This document shows, piece by piece, positions 24,894 to 38,599 of a stretch of DNA of 64,000 nt. The position numbers and the translations under genes are program-made. This DNA is from Mobula hypostoma. Its lineage: Eukaryota. Each line of letters begins with the position of its first letter. Positions within the stretch are counted from its first letter, which is position 1. Under the pieces are notes generated by a model. The model saw only the letters and a program-made list of their open reading frames with translations. It made no database searches and was not told the origin of the DNA. The stretch covers positions 66,962,001 through 67,026,000 of the forward strand of contig NC_086108.1 of NCBI RefSeq assembly GCF_963921235.1, in the 5' to 3' direction.

Positions 24894-26749
24894 ATGTCAC
24901 CATATACAACCAAGATTCATTTTCTTCCAGGCATATTCAATAAAAAAAACTAGAAAAATAACTATAACAGAATCAATAAAAGACTGCACCAACTTAGGCG
25001 TTCTCACAGTTTCTGTGACATTGGCTCTACCCTGACCTCAGGTACTTTCTGAGCAGAATTTGTATGTTTTACTTGTTTCTTCCGTGTGCCCCAATTTCTT
25101 CACCTATCTCAAGATTTTTGGATTGCCAAGTTTGCTCACTGTAAATTGGAAGAATCTGGGGGTGGAGGAATTTGTAGGAATCTAGGGAAAATAAAAGTAC
25201 TGAAGTAAAGCTATTTATATTATTTCATTATAAACTGTGCGTGACATTTGGACGTGGAGTCAAAGACTATGGACCAGATTTGTGACACAGTCTTTTGTTC
25301 TAGAGGTTAACTGTCTGTGGGGAAAAATAATCTTGATCAGTCACAACTTCTGAAAACCACTTCTTTGGTTAATTTTCAAGTGTTCTAAGTTGCAAGAATG
25401 GATAGTCATCTTTGAAGAGCACTGTACGTCGTGAAAGCTAGTAGAGTTGTGAAGGCCCGTTTGAGCAAGTTCCTCTTCAGGGACAGGCACTCAGCTTGTA
25501 CACTTTGAAGGCCTTTCTAGTTCCAAATTCAAGCAGGATATGCTTCTCCGTCCTGCAGCATTTATTCACAATCACTTCTGAGACTTCTGCACAGTAGTGA
25601 GCAGAGTGGACATCAAAATCAAACTAACCTTGCCAGCAGATCTCTTTGGAACTATTGGTTAAGGGAATGACTTTAGAGGCCATTAAGCTGTGGTCAAACT
25701 TACTTTGATCATTTTGGTTTCCAGACCAAATGCACCATTAATAAATGCAAAATATTTATTTTCCTTCTTTCACCTCTGTTAAGCATATTCTGCACCAAAA
25801 TCTCAGATAAATATTCTTGGAGCATTCTTGTAGCAGAATGAGCAACATGTACTTGCAACACTGGGTCAAAACCAAGAAAGATATGAGATTAGTTTCCGAG
25901 CAGAGTGGCAGAAACCATTTTTACTGGATGGTGGCTCAAGTATGTGGTCTCTTAGTTCCTCATGGTCGGAGGGAGAAAAGTTAACCAAACTATCTACAGA
26001 GCTAAAGGGTAATCAAGTTCACACTCAGCTGAGACCCTTACCCTTCTCTTATCTAATAATGTTCATTCAGATTTTTACCTGAAAAGTATCTGTTTAGCTA
26101 GGATAACTCCCATTCTTCTTTGGCAGTATTTTAGAATTAAGGATAACTTGCTTCCACTGCAGATCTGTAGATTCAGAAGTGGCTTTTGAGACCAACGTGG
26201 GACCCACAGGTTTTGCCACAGGTGGGACAGGAGGTGTTAGATTTACACAGCAACTTCCTGATTTATGCTGTATTACAAGTCATTTTGCACTGTGAAGATG
26301 CACTCACCAAACTGATCATACTTCTTTCAATTCCACAAAGGCTTTTATTCCATCTTTTGGGGCTGGTTCAGATCAAAGCAAAAAATACATTGTTTTTCCA
26401 TTCAAACATACCACAAAATTAACTTCCTTAAGCACAATAATTTAAGTATCTGCTTTCAGGATCGCATGTTAGCCAAAAATGCCATGACATCTTCTACTAA
26501 TTAGCAAAATGGACCAAAACTGACGGAGGGCTACCTGCTAGTAGAAACATAATATAAAATTAGCAGGCAAGGTTATGAGAGGATAATGAGGGAGAGGGAT
26601 TGCAAAAACAAAATTCTGATATCTTTTGTTCATCAGAGAATGTGGTTGTGAGAAAAATACGTTGAATTTATAATGTCATTGTAAATCCCCAAAGAATTCA
26701 CTAATGTCCTTTGCGAAGAAAAATCTGCCATTGCTTACAAGTTTGGCCC

Positions 26750-27090
26750 ATAAGAGGCAGAGATAGAATGGATAACCAGAGGCTTTTTCCCAGTGTGGAA
26801 ATAGCTAAAACAAGGGAATAGAATTTTAAGGTGATTGGAGAAAAGCACGGAAGGGATGTCAGAGGCAAGTTCTTTACACAATGAGCAGTGGGTGCATGGA
26901 ACTCTCTGATGGGGTGGTGATAGAGGCTGATACATTGGGGCATTTGAGAAACCCTTAGGTAGGCACATGGATGATAGAAAAATGGAGGGTTACATAGAAG
27001 AGAAGGGTTAGATTGATCGTAGAGTAGGCTAAAAGGTCAGCACAATGTTCTGGGCTGAAGGGCCTAAACAGTGTTTGACGTTCCATGTGT
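26750..27090 (+). mobile_element. CR1 LINE 3' end
   Basis: aggctttttcccag...ttctttacaca...tggaactctctg...gggctgaagggcct. Confidence 0.85.
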
Positions 27091-28699
27091 AGTTTTACTA
27101 CCACATCAAGGTAGCTAACTGGTTTCTGAAGTGGCTGAACAAGACATTCATTTCCATAAAACTGCTGTTACTGCACAGATTGAAACAGTTCATAAAGAAT
27201 GTTTGTGATAGTCAAGAATTGAAGTTGCTGCTATACACTTAGCAATTGTTTTTAGTTTGATTATTTAATTTCTTTATAAACAAAACCACTTAAAAATAGT
27301 ATATTCATCAAGAAAATCAAAAGATTTTCTTCTAATCTTTTCCAGTTATGTGATAGTGGCTGCAATTTACTTGCTATAACATGGCTTATTTGCACACATC
27401 AAGATAGCACCATTAAATATAATTTCAAAGCTTAATTTTTGGCTTGCAAATAATCTTAAAATATTAACTAAATGGCAGCATATGACTGGCAATGGATCAC
27501 TTCTAAAACCACATCAATGACTCCTTTCCAATGTTTGGGAAGGAATTAAATAATCAGACTGAAAATATATTTGCCATGAATATTTCATCTGATTATACTT
27601 GAATTTCTAACTGTATCACACATACACAGCAATGGTTTGATACTTCTCAGGGCAACTAGCAACATACAATAAATGGCAGCCTAGCACATTCCAATAATCA
27701 ATTTACAGCAAACAAGCTAAATTAAATAGCGTCAGCATTGGGATGAGTGTCTGTGGGGGTGTGTGAGGGTGTGTGTGTGGGGGAAGGTAGAATAAATTCC
27801 ACCTATTCTATTGTTTTAAAGTTGAGTTTATCAAAAGGACAGCAAACCCATTTTGAGATCTATTCTTAGACATAAACAGTTTTGTCAGTTAGCTAAAATC
27901 AGGGACAATCGTTTAAGTTAATAGTTTCCTGAAAGGAAGGATTTGTGTCAGTGCATGCAGACACTGAATCTAAATCAATTTTTTAAAAAAGCAGCCACTG
28001 TATCAGGTAAACACAACAGAAAAACGTGATCATGACATTTAGATCCATAAAAGATTGATAATTTATTATGTTCTTAGTTGTGTGTGAAGGATAGGCCTTA
28101 TTTCTTTAAACAAATGAAAAGTACTCTGGAGATTAGCTGAATAGAAACAAACCTCCCCATTAAATCCAGCCTTTCCAAAGGCAAAACTGTAATTTTGCAT
28201 TCAATATATAAAGAACAAAGTATGCAAAATCTACATACCTGTATACCAAAGAATTATAATGGTAATGATAATGAAAATGAAAAAAGAACAAAATCAGTGC
28301 TGAAAGATGAAGCTGAATGCCAAATCATCATTTTATTTAAATGCCTCTATTGTTAAGAAATGGGTTTCTTTGAAATTCAGTGCCACAAACAAGCTGAAGC
28401 TTACATCAGTGCCTGTAATTTTTTGAAGTGTACTTTCCCAATTGTTCATTTTTTATACAATGAATATTCTTCTCTAATACAGTAAGATAATTGGGAACTT
28501 TTTTTAAATCAATTACGTTGTTTTATTTCAACATTGAATACATATATCATAACATTTTACTCTCTTTTAACCTTGCTAACCCACTAAAGAAATCATTAAA
28601 AAAATCAAAGTAATCATGTAAAATACCCTGTAGAACAATTTTAAATAAGACCAGAGGGATTAATCTCTCACCTAACACCAGTTATACATTTCCTGGTAA

Positions 28700-29210
28700 T
28701 TATTGCACCTAAGTTTGTGAGAAGTTGCTGTGTGCCACAATTCCTACTACACAATAGTGTGTAAACTTTAATAGTACTCATTGGCTAAAAATTTCTTTAG
28801 GATATCCTAAGGGATTCTCAATAAACGTAACTCTTCCTTAACTTACACATAATGTCACATAAAATCGCTTTGAAATACCTCAAATCACTTTGTATAAAGT
28901 GTAGAAATAGAGAAGTTGTTAATGTGTTGACCAATAGGTCAGCCACTCTGCACACATGACTTCCATCAAGCACAGAAAAATGCTATGACTAGTTAATCTG
29001 TTCCTCATGATGTTAAAGTGAAAAATTATACAAGATAGCAGAGGTTGTGATGTTTCAGATCTATCTCAAATGCTTCAAATTCTCGCTCAGCCGAAGTACA
29101 ATGCCCACTATAATGCAGTACTGCGCAGGAATGCCAAGTGTTTAAGTGGAATTAGGGCTTGAGTTCACAATTCTCCGAGTATAAATCACTGAAACTACCA
29201 AATGAGTTAA
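28700..29210. mobile_element. Two ancient DeuSINE-like relics, tail to tail (+ about 28700-28830, - about 28840-29210)
   Basis: ttgctgtgtgccacaattcctac...agtactcattggct on the plus strand, followed by a decayed reverse copy. Confidence 0.45.
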
Positions 29211-29254
29211 ATTTGCAAATACAACATCACAAGAACTGCTAGCTTCATCTTCTT

Positions 29255-30660
29255 ATAGATTCATAGATGTATACAACACGCAGTGAGGCCATCTGGCCTA
29301 CCACATCCACTCTGACCAGTGGGTACTCAACCACACTAATCCCATTTCTGAGCACATAGCCCATAACCATTTATGGCTAAAAAGATCAAGTTCTCATTTA
29401 GATACTTCTTAAATGCCTCTTCCGCCATTCTCTCAGGCAGTGCATTCCAACTATTCGCCACTTTATGTGTGGAGAAGGCCCTGCTCATATCCCCACTGAA
29501 TCTTTTCCCCACTGCTCTACTCTCTACATACACATGACTGTGTGGCTAGGCATAGCTCAAATACCATCTATAAATTTGCTGATGATACAACCATTGTTGG
29601 TAGAATCTCAGGTGGTGACGAGAGGGCGTACAGGAGTGAGATATGCCAACTAGTGGAATGGTGCCACAGCAACAACCTGGCACTCAACATCAGCAAGATG
29701 AAAGAGCTGATTGTGGACTTCGGGAAGGGTAAGACAAAGGAACACATACCAATCCTCATAGAGGGATCAGAAGTGGAGAGAGTGAGCAGTTTCAAGTTCC
29801 TAGATGTCAAGATCTCTGAAGATCTAACCTGGTCCCAACATATCGATGTAGTTATAAAAAAAGGCAAGACATCAGCTACACTTCATTAGGAATTTGAAGA
29901 GATTTGGCATGTCAACAAATACACTCAAAAACTTCTATAGATGTACCGTGGAAAGCATTCTGACAGGCTGCATCACTGTCTGGTATTGGGGGGGTGGGGG
30001 GGCGCTACTGCACAGGACTGAGAGAAGCTGCAAAGGGTGGTTAATTAGTCAGCTTCACCTTGGGTACTAGCCTACAAAGTATCCAGGACATCTTCGGGGA
30101 GCAGTGTCTCAGAAAGGCAGTATCCATTAAGGACCTCCAGCACCCAGGGCGTGCCCTTTTCTCACTGTTACCATCAGGTACACACTCAGCAATTCAGGAA
30201 CACCTTCTTCCCCTCTGCCATCTGATTTCCAGATGCACATTGAACGCTTGGAGACTGCCTCACTTTTTTAAAATATACAGTACGTATTTCATTTTTTTGC
30301 ACGTTTTTAATCTATTCAATATACATATACTGTAATTGATTTATTATTATTTTTCTCTTCAATATTATGTATTGCATTGAACTGCTGTCGCTAAGTTTAC
30401 AAATTTCACGTCACATGCCGGTGATAATAAACCTGATTCTGATTCGGATTACCCTAAATCCGTGTCCTCCTCTTTTGTCTACTTCTAACTTGGGAATATG
30501 TTTCCTGCAGTCTAACCTCTCTATACCAGATATTTTTATATACATCTATCATGTCCCCTCTTAACCTCCTCCACTCCAGACCTAGCTTCACCTAAGTGAA
30601 ATCCTCCACCCCAGGCAATATCCTGATAGTTTCAGTATCCCTTCGACACAGTATCATATT
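29255..30660 (-). mobile_element. CR1 3' fragment split by a Rex1 insertion
   Basis: FSTHKVANSWNALPE...AFKKYLN on the minus strand. The CR1 sequence continues at 30450 (accctaaatccgtgtcctc). Confidence 0.8.
29509..30449 (+). mobile_element. 5'-truncated Rex1-clade LINE nested in CR1
   Basis: YKFADDTTIVG...WCHSNNLALNISKMKELIVDF...SFKFL, with tail aataaacctgattctgattc. Confidence 0.92.
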
Positions 30661-30923
30661 AGTATACCTATACCTTATGAAATCATTTTAAACTTGTCCA
30701 CCCTATTTTTACAATGTTTGTATAGCAAAATGGAAACCTGATCATGGCATAGTTAAATGTCAATTCTGGAGCTAAAAATCACATTTACCTGTGATGATGT
30801 AAGCTAGGCTCCCTCCCACTGCAAGTTACACATTTTTAAAGGTGTTATAGTAAAACATACATTTTGGATATTCAGTTCTGAAGGTACAGAAATGAACACG
30901 TCCCTGTCCTAATGTCTACAGTT

Positions 30924-31119
30924 TTGGCTGTAGTGGCATCAGCGCTGGATTACAAGGCGAATGGTCCTGAGTTCGAGTCCGGCCGGGTCCCATCCTTGGA
31001 GCAGCAGTATCTGTGTGTAAGAAAGGTCTGCCACTCTACTTCCAAAAACCCAGTGGACAGCTACACTATCCATAGGGTTGCCATGAGTTGACGACAACTC
31101 AACAGCACTCAACAACAAC
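30924..31119 (+). mobile_element. tRNA-derived SINE with an RTE-type 3' tail
   Basis: B box GAGTTCGAGTCC, tail catagggttgccatgagttgacgacaactc...(AAC)n and TSD CTACAGTT. Confidence 0.8.
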
Positions 31120-32106
31120 CTACAGTTACTAAAACACTCCTGACTCCTGCTTCTTATTCCACGACTATTTTATTTGCAATGATTTCAAACACATTTTCAT
31201 AAACATTAAGTAGCCTAAATAAGCATTTACTTCTGAGTCAATTCACAACAAAGCCATATATTTAAGTTAACCAAAAATCTATGCTGAGATTTAGTTAACT
31301 TCACACATAGTTAATAAATCACAGTACTAAGAAAAGATAAGAGGCCAACCTAAGTGTTCATTTAGCTTTCCTTCTTTCATCACAATAGATTCACCTGCAC
31401 ACTAAAATGCAGATGGTGCATTTAGGTGGTGCCTTTCACATTCTCAAAGCATTCCAAGTCCCTTACAGCCAATAAGGTTTTTTTTAAATATAAGATATGC
31501 TGAATGTCACTTTGTTAAATAAGTGCAGCATATGTAAACATCCCACAAAGCACTAAAGTAAATGACCAGCTGCAGAAAGTTACTGTCTATTACATGTACT
31601 AAACTAGCGGCATACAACGCATATCCAGCCTATCAGGATGATGTCAGGTTCAGGATAAGGTTGGGTCAAGTATCAAAGTATTCTAAGTCCTCAGGCTCAG
31701 TCCCGATAGGCCAGACAAATGCTTTAGAAATGAGGATATTAAGGCTCAGAATTTCATATAGTTAGCTAAACCAAACCAAACAGGACCTAACCATGTGCCA
31801 GGTTAAAAACAGACTTGGGCTCAAAGCTAAATACACAGTATCATGGTATATCCGTATAAGACTCCATTTCCACAATTCTACTAACTTCATTGAAACAGAA
31901 TGTTGGAATCAGAGCTCAGATCACATATATCATCACATCACATGCTTAACATTGTGATACGAAGGATGGATTCCTACCTCCTATTGGTTGAAGTATGATG
32001 GTCAGTCAGGAATCTGGAATTAAAACCGTGGATTTTTAAAAAATAGTGCCACGTCTCATTTGTTCTAACTTTCTGTATTCTGTTACAGCCAATTCTATCT
32101 ATGCTA

Positions 32107-32169
32107 ATATACTCAGCGGCCACTTTATTAGATACCACCTGTACCTAATAAAGTAGCTACTGAGTATAT
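32107..32169. mobile_element. Tc1/mariner-derived palindromic MITE
   Basis: 29-bp inverted repeat atatactcagcggccactttattagatac / gtacctaataaagtagctactgagtatat with a 5-nt spacer and TA flanks. Confidence 0.7.
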
Positions 32170-32199
32170 GTTCACAGTCTTCTGCTGCTGTAGCATTGT

Positions 32200-32830
32200 A
32201 GAGTAGTGGTGAGCACAACGCTTTACAGTACCAGAGCCACACCACCCCAGCATCCCCCAACAAACCTGATTAACGCTAACCCAATCATGAGGCAATTCAC
32301 AATGACAAGTTAGCCTAGCTTTTGACAGGGAGGAAACAAGAGCACCAAAGAAAAACCCACGCGTTCCACGGGGAGGATGTACAGACAGCGCCAGAATTGA
32401 ACATTGGATTCTGGAATGCACCAAGCTGTAACAGCATCATGCTACCCACTACACTACCATGCTGCCGCGTCTCTCCCTGGAAATCCAAGTACACTAATTC
32501 TGTTGGTTCCCCTTTATCCATTCTCTTCAGCATGTCCTCAAATAACTTTCAAACGCAAGTTAGACTTCATTTAAGGATCCAGCTCTGATTAATCTACATG
32601 CCATGATTAATGATTCCAGAACTTTTCAGTAAATTGCTTTCTAGGATAGGGCTTAATGTTTGCATTTTTCCAACGCACTGGAAACTTTCCAGAGTCCAGG
32701 GAATTTTGGAATCTTCAACCAAATCATCCACTATCTCTATTGACACTTGTATAAAGACCCTCAAATGTGAGTAAAGAGGTCTAAGGGACTTCTCCACCCT
32801 TGGTCCAATTTGTTTGTCAGGTTTTTTTTT
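32200..32830 (-). mobile_element. V-SINE (about 32200-32468) adjoining a decayed CR1 RT fragment
   Basis: V domain present, then MDKGEPTELVYLDFQ (a CR1 RT motif). Confidence 0.7.
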
Positions 32831-33034
32831 CTTCTAATGGACTTCTACTTAGTCACCTTCATTCTCCTTGATAGCAGTGAAATAAGACTCCACTCCCTCA
32901 AAATCCTTAAGTGACTGTTGAAAACTGTCTTTTCCTCGAGAGTGGGAACACAGGATAATTCTCCCTTCTTTCTAGTTCAGGGGCACTGAGGAAAAGTCCA
33001 GAAGTTGATTAGGCTGTGATCAGCTGATCACCAG

Positions 33035-34493
33035 GCAAAATGGCACCAGTGAACCCCGATGACACGTTGCGGGCAGCTTAAAAAATTTCTTAACATACTT
33101 CTTCTGAACGACTCTCACTGCAAACTGCAAGATTACTGTAGCCTGTAATTTCCCTTTAAGTAAGGTAGTTCTGAATCATCTTAACAAACTAGTGATTTCA
33201 CAATCTTCTAAAGGACTTGGCAGACTTAACTCTCAAGCATGCAGGTACAGCACCTTTAAATGGATGAACGTATATCACCACGGCCATAAGAGAGGGAGGT
33301 GGAGAGGACTCCAAGCCAGACTAAAACATTGAGGCAGGAAGCTCCCATCTTGATTGCAAATGTACAATTGTTGGAGACTAAGGGCAAGATTGCTGGACTG
33401 GAGGGAAGTGAAGAATTGCTGTGTTCTCTGCTTCATGGAGCCATGGCTTACTCTGTTCAAGCTGGATACATTGGTAAGACCCGAGGGCTTCCTGACACAC
33501 AGGATGGACTGGGCTGCTGATGCAGAGATTTTCACAATAAACTCTTTGTGGTACTCCAATTCAGCAGTCTTGCCACACTCTTGTTCCCCAGACCTGGAGT
33601 ACCTAATGATTAAGTGCTAACAGTTTCACTTACCAAGAAAGTTCTCCTCCTTGATCCTGACCACAGTTTAAATACCACCAAAGGCAAATGTTAAACAGCC
33701 ACTTACAGCACTGATTACCATGATCAACAAACAAGAAACAGCCTACCAAACATCTTTCAAATCATTATCAGAAACTTCATTTAGGCTTATTTGAAGAAAT
33801 CTCCGCCCAATTATCATCAATCTATTACCTGCAGCACCAGGGTTCCGAACACACTACCACTGCTATAATACAATTAGGAATGTATTACCTGCCTAGACAA
33901 CATTTCAGGAAATTTGGTCACTTGGCTGGCCTCCTCCTGCTTGCATACAGGCAGAGGCTAAAGAGCAAGTCTCCAGAGGTAAAGGACAACAAAGAGGTGG
34001 TTGTGGGAGGCAGACAATTGGCTACAGGATTTGTTCGAGTCAGTGGACTGGGCCTTGTTTAAGGACTCAGGGGATTTGAACAAATACACCATGGTTGTCA
34101 CAGTCTTTATAAAAACAATCGTACATGAGTGTGTCCCCACAAAATTATTCAGAGTTTTCCCCAACCAAAAGCTTTGGATGAACCATGAGATCTGCAAACT
34201 GTTCAGTAACATTCAGGTCTGGTGGCCAAGTAAAACACATGAGGTCCGGAAAGCCACGTCACATGCCAAGTGACAATTCTGGACCAAACTTGAATCACTG
34301 AAGGATGATCAATAGCTGTGACAGGGCTTGAATGCTATCACCTGCTAAAAAGTGAAACTAAGTCGGTGACAATGAGGCTTTCCTCCCAGATGAGCTCAAT
34401 GCCTTTGATGCTCACTTTGAACACCAAAATATCAAGGCACCTTCATGACCTCCCAGAGCATATAATAAATTTACTTCGAACTCTGAATTTTGA
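33035..34493 (+). mobile_element. Rex1-clade element with an APE endonuclease region joined to the 3' tail
   Basis: ILIANVQLLE...CCVLCFMEPWL...CSPDLEYLMIKC...LQDLFESVDW...FPNQKLWM, ending aataaatttacttcgaactctga. Confidence 0.75.
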
Positions 34494-36319
34494 CTAAGCT
34501 TATGTATTAATTACACTTCTGACCTGTAGGGTTCATATTATACTGGCAAAATGTTTTAGTTACTGAAAGTCAGAACACAATCACTTACAAATTTTTATTT
34601 AGTTAAATGTATAAGAAATCTATAATAGTGTTCTGTATTCTGTAAGTGTTCTGTATTTCTTGATAACCATTCCTTTAATGGTTCACAGGTGTACAATGCT
34701 AGACAGTCTGAAGTCTATATTCTTGAAACAGAGGAAACTATCTCCAACAAACATTCCAAAAATGATTAGTGACACACCTGCTTCTTCATTGTATTGACAG
34801 TTTGCTGGGCTAAAGCTGCATAAATATGTACATTAATGGAGAGTACTTCATGGTTTTGGAATCTTAAGCACTCCTCTAGAAATAAGAATGAAGTAACTTT
34901 AAAAAGCTTTTCCATCAAACAGCAGTTATCTCTTAAACACACAGACACATTCAAATGCACAGCTCACATAAAACTTTCCTGAAGACTGCCAACAGGAAAA
35001 ATGTGAGGTATTTAAATGTAAGATTGTTTCGGTCAAGAGCATTTTCTCCTCTCAGACTTCAACTAAATATGGGATTACTGTCGAAAAAGCTTCGGTGCAA
35101 TGTATTTTCCTTAATTAAAGTTCTCAGCCAAGAAGACGATTGCAAGAAACAGAAAATGTTGGAAAAATTCAGCAGGTTACGTAGCATTTGTGCAGAGAGA
35201 AAGAGTTAACATTTCCGGTCCAGTTCATGGAATTCCAGCTCAGGTTTGAGAACAGCAACCAGTCTTCACAAGTTAAATTAAATTCAGTCAGTGGAAGCCA
35301 AGATGTGGCAAGAACGGTTGACAATAATTCCTTCCCACTGATATCATGTATCACATTGCCAATCAGCTTTTTAACAACAAATTAAAGCTAAAATCAGACA
35401 ATGGATATGGATGAACAAATATTAGTTTTATAGTTATAATTTTTCAAAGTATAGTCCAAATAGATTAACTTAAATTAACCTGACTTCCTTGTGTAAAATA
35501 CTTATTTGCAAGTACTCAAGATAAATTTAGCAGTATTGTTCATCACTGCTTGAACAATAAACGACCAGTATCAGGGCATCAGCTGGTTCTGCATTTGCAA
35601 TGTGTACAAATTCTCAATACACAAGATAACGTCAGAACCTCCAATGTTTGCTATGATTCAGTAGACATTTCTATGCATAAATAAGATCAGTGTGATATTA
35701 GGTGCAAATGGTGATGGACAACTTACACAGAATTCCACATTTTCAATTTCTCCTTTGCTAAATTTACAAGGGTTCCCCAGGCTACAGAAAATATGACTTA
35801 TGGAAATTGTTCCATGAACCCTAGTATTCAGGAACCAATAGCATTCTCTCCCTTTTTCATGATACCTTCTGATATAAACACAAGTGATGTGACCTCTGCT
35901 AATATTATCATTCTTGCCATTCATTGTCAATGAGGATCCTTCTGGGTAGAAGAGAGACTTGCATTTTCTTCCCCAAATTTAGAATTCAGTATTCGCAGTT
36001 CACAGTGGAGTTTCCTCAAGAATAAACAATTTTGTCCAGTGTGCATGTTTGAGGCTGAACTGCCAGTCAATTGTAACTTTAATTTTTTACCCTACTCCCA
36101 AAGACTTCTCTGCAATAGGCCATTGACACTGTTCTAACGGTGTTCAGAGCATGTTTAAGCATATCACATCATTTTTTGATTGAGGACTTCAAGAACTTTA
36201 CCATTGAGCAGTTTTGATTATAACGGTTTTCCTGGATGGCAGCTGTTGGCACGATTTTAGCATGCTGTACAAGCCTGTGACTTAGCCTCACTTTAACACA
36301 GGCATTGCAGTCTACGTCA

Positions 36320-36815
36320 CCACAAGATGTAGGAGCAGAATTAGGCCATTCAGCCCATCATGTTCCACTATTCCATCATGGCTGATCCCGGATCCCACTA
36401 AATCCCATACACCTGCCTTCTCGCCATATCCTTTGATGCCCTGACCGCTCAGGAAGCAATCAACATCTGCCTTAAATATACGCATGGGTTGGCCTCTACC
36501 GCAGTCTGTGGCAGAGCATTCTACAGATTTAATACTCTCTGGCTAAAAAAATTCCTCCTTACTTCTGTTCTAAAGAGTCACCCCTCAATTTAGAGACTGT
36601 GCTCTCTAGTTCAGGATACTCTCACCATAAGAAACATCCTCTCCACATCCACCCTATCTAGTCCTTTCGATATTCAGTAGGTTTCAATGAGATCCTTCCG
36701 CATTCTTCTAAATTCCAGTGAGTGCAGGCCCAAAGCTACCAAACGCTCCCCATATGTTAACCCCTTCCTTCCCAGAATCATCCTCATGATCCTCCTCTGG
36801 ACTCTCCCCAATCAC
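36320..36815 (-). mobile_element. CR1 LINE 3' fragment
   Basis: caagatgtaggagcagaattaggccattcagccc tail plus decayed ORF2. Confidence 0.85.
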
Positions 36816-37009
36816 AACATTAAAAGAGGAACTGGCTGATGTAATGGAAAAAGAAAATGCTGCAGCCGCTGGAGATCTGAAAATAAAAATGGAAATTGCA
36901 GGAGATAGGTAGTGTGCAAGGTGACATCTATAGAGGTGAAACATTTCAGCCCAATGACCCTTCCACCCTGGAGTGTTAATAATCTGCAACTCCATAGATA
37001 CTGATGTTT

Positions 37010-37305
37010 CCAACTTCTAGGACCAAATCACAGCCTTGGAATACAAGAATGTCCCTTTAGAACAGAAATGAAGAGGAATTTCCTTAGCCAGAAGTGGTGA
37101 ATCTGTGGGATTAATTGGCTGTAGAGGCCATGGCACTGGGTGTATTTAACTTAGAGGTTGAAATATTCTTGATTAGTAAGGGTGCCAGGTGAGAAGGCAG
37201 GAGAATTGAACTGAGTGGGAAAATAAATCAGCCATCATCAAATGGTAGAGCAGATCTCATGGGCCAAGTAGTCTCATTCTGCTCCTCTATCTCATGGTCT
37301 TATCA
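37010..37305 (+). mobile_element. CR1 LINE 3' fragment
   Basis: tctaggaccaaatcacagcct...gaaatgaagaggaattt...ctgctcctctatctcatggtcttat. Confidence 0.85.
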
Positions 37306-38034
37306 TGTGTTCTTCTGTCCTCTGCCTTTTGTTCTAACACTGAATTTTCTTGCATTTTTCTTTTTGACATATTCTTTCCCTGCCTTGTGCCATCTTCAAA
37401 TGTTTAATGGGTCTAATTTTTTCCACTTCTGATGAAAAGTTTTTGACATCAAATTTTAAGTTGGATCCTCTCTTCATGACTGCTGTCCAATGTTGCTGAT
37501 ATTTCCACCATTTTTTACTTCCAGTCAAGATAAACCAAAATACCCTTGCAATACGTTAACTCACAAGTGTGCCATTGTGGTCGATCTCCATAAATATTTT
37601 CAAATTAAAAACCTGCAGCAGGCAGAGTAATTATTATCCCTATAGTATCAAGCCATCAGTGTCTACAAAACTTACAGATAATAATTCTAAGTTTCAGCTT
37701 CAAAGGTTTAATAAACAAATCTTTAAGAAAGAGAAGGAATGGAGAATAATTAGAAGGCTAAATTTATATTACACCTAGGGACTATATTACTCTCTTTTAT
37801 TTTGGATCAGTTTAAGCACTATCTGTAGATATATCCAAGAAAAACTTCAATATCTGTGTCTCCTTGCTTCAATATTGAGTGGATATGCACCTGATAAACA
37901 ATAGCACACACAGCTTAGCATTAATATTAGAATCAGGTTTAATATCACTGGCATATGTCGTAAAATTTGTTGTTATGCAGCAACAGTAGATTGCAATCCA
38001 TACTAAAAACTGTAGATTATAGTAAAAATATGCT

Positions 38035-38099
38035 CGACTGTACCTCTTCTTAGAGATGCTGCCTGGCCTGCTGCGTTCACCAGCAACTTTGATGTGTTG
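38035..38099 (+). mobile_element. 65-bp Penelope pLTR 3' piece inserted into a Rex1 3' UTR remnant
   Basis: Nearly identical to 54751-54816, with an 18-bp TSD TTAT(A/T)GTAAAAATATGCT. Confidence 0.88.
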
Positions 38100-38599
38100 T
38101 TATTGTAAAAATATGCTTGCTTATTTCCTTGAAATATTTCTATAATTATCTAATCCAGGATTAATATGCAGTCAAGAAAAATTGTTCATAAAATTCAATG
38201 CATTTAAGAATAGGAGAACTAGTTATTTAACTCTAAGCAATGGGGCAGTTACAAGTTTAGTATTTAGGTCTTATCTCTTTTTTGTTTTCTTCAAAATGTC
38301 AACATTTCAGATTTATTTAAACTTGCTGCTGATTTGACTCTTAGCAAAAGAAAAATTATCATGCAAGGAAATATTTGCTTGGCACATGTTGTTACCAAAG
38401 TAAAAATATTTGTTACTCAGCAATTTGATTACAATGCAGTCTAAACTTAAAAACTGAAATAATTCAAACAGTATTCTTACAATGTGCTCTTTGGTCATGA
38501 TCATTTTTCTTTCCATCTATTCTTCTGATTCATTTTGAGCAGCAGGCCAGTGATTGCCTTGTCACTTGGGTCAGTGTGTTTATTACACAAGTATAGCCT

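Larger units (their letters stand above)
24280..25005 (-). mobile_element. Rex1-like 3' UTR fragment interrupted by the 24318-24893 element
   Basis: ttcaaagtaaatttattatcaaagtacatatatgt resumes as atgtcaccatatacaac. The same tail ends the element at about 34490. Confidence 0.6.

Noticed and set aside
24299..24913. 204-aa minus-strand ORF and 108-aa plus-strand ORF
   Set aside because: They coincide with the GC-rich non-coding retroelement and its microsatellite tail, and show no protein motifs.
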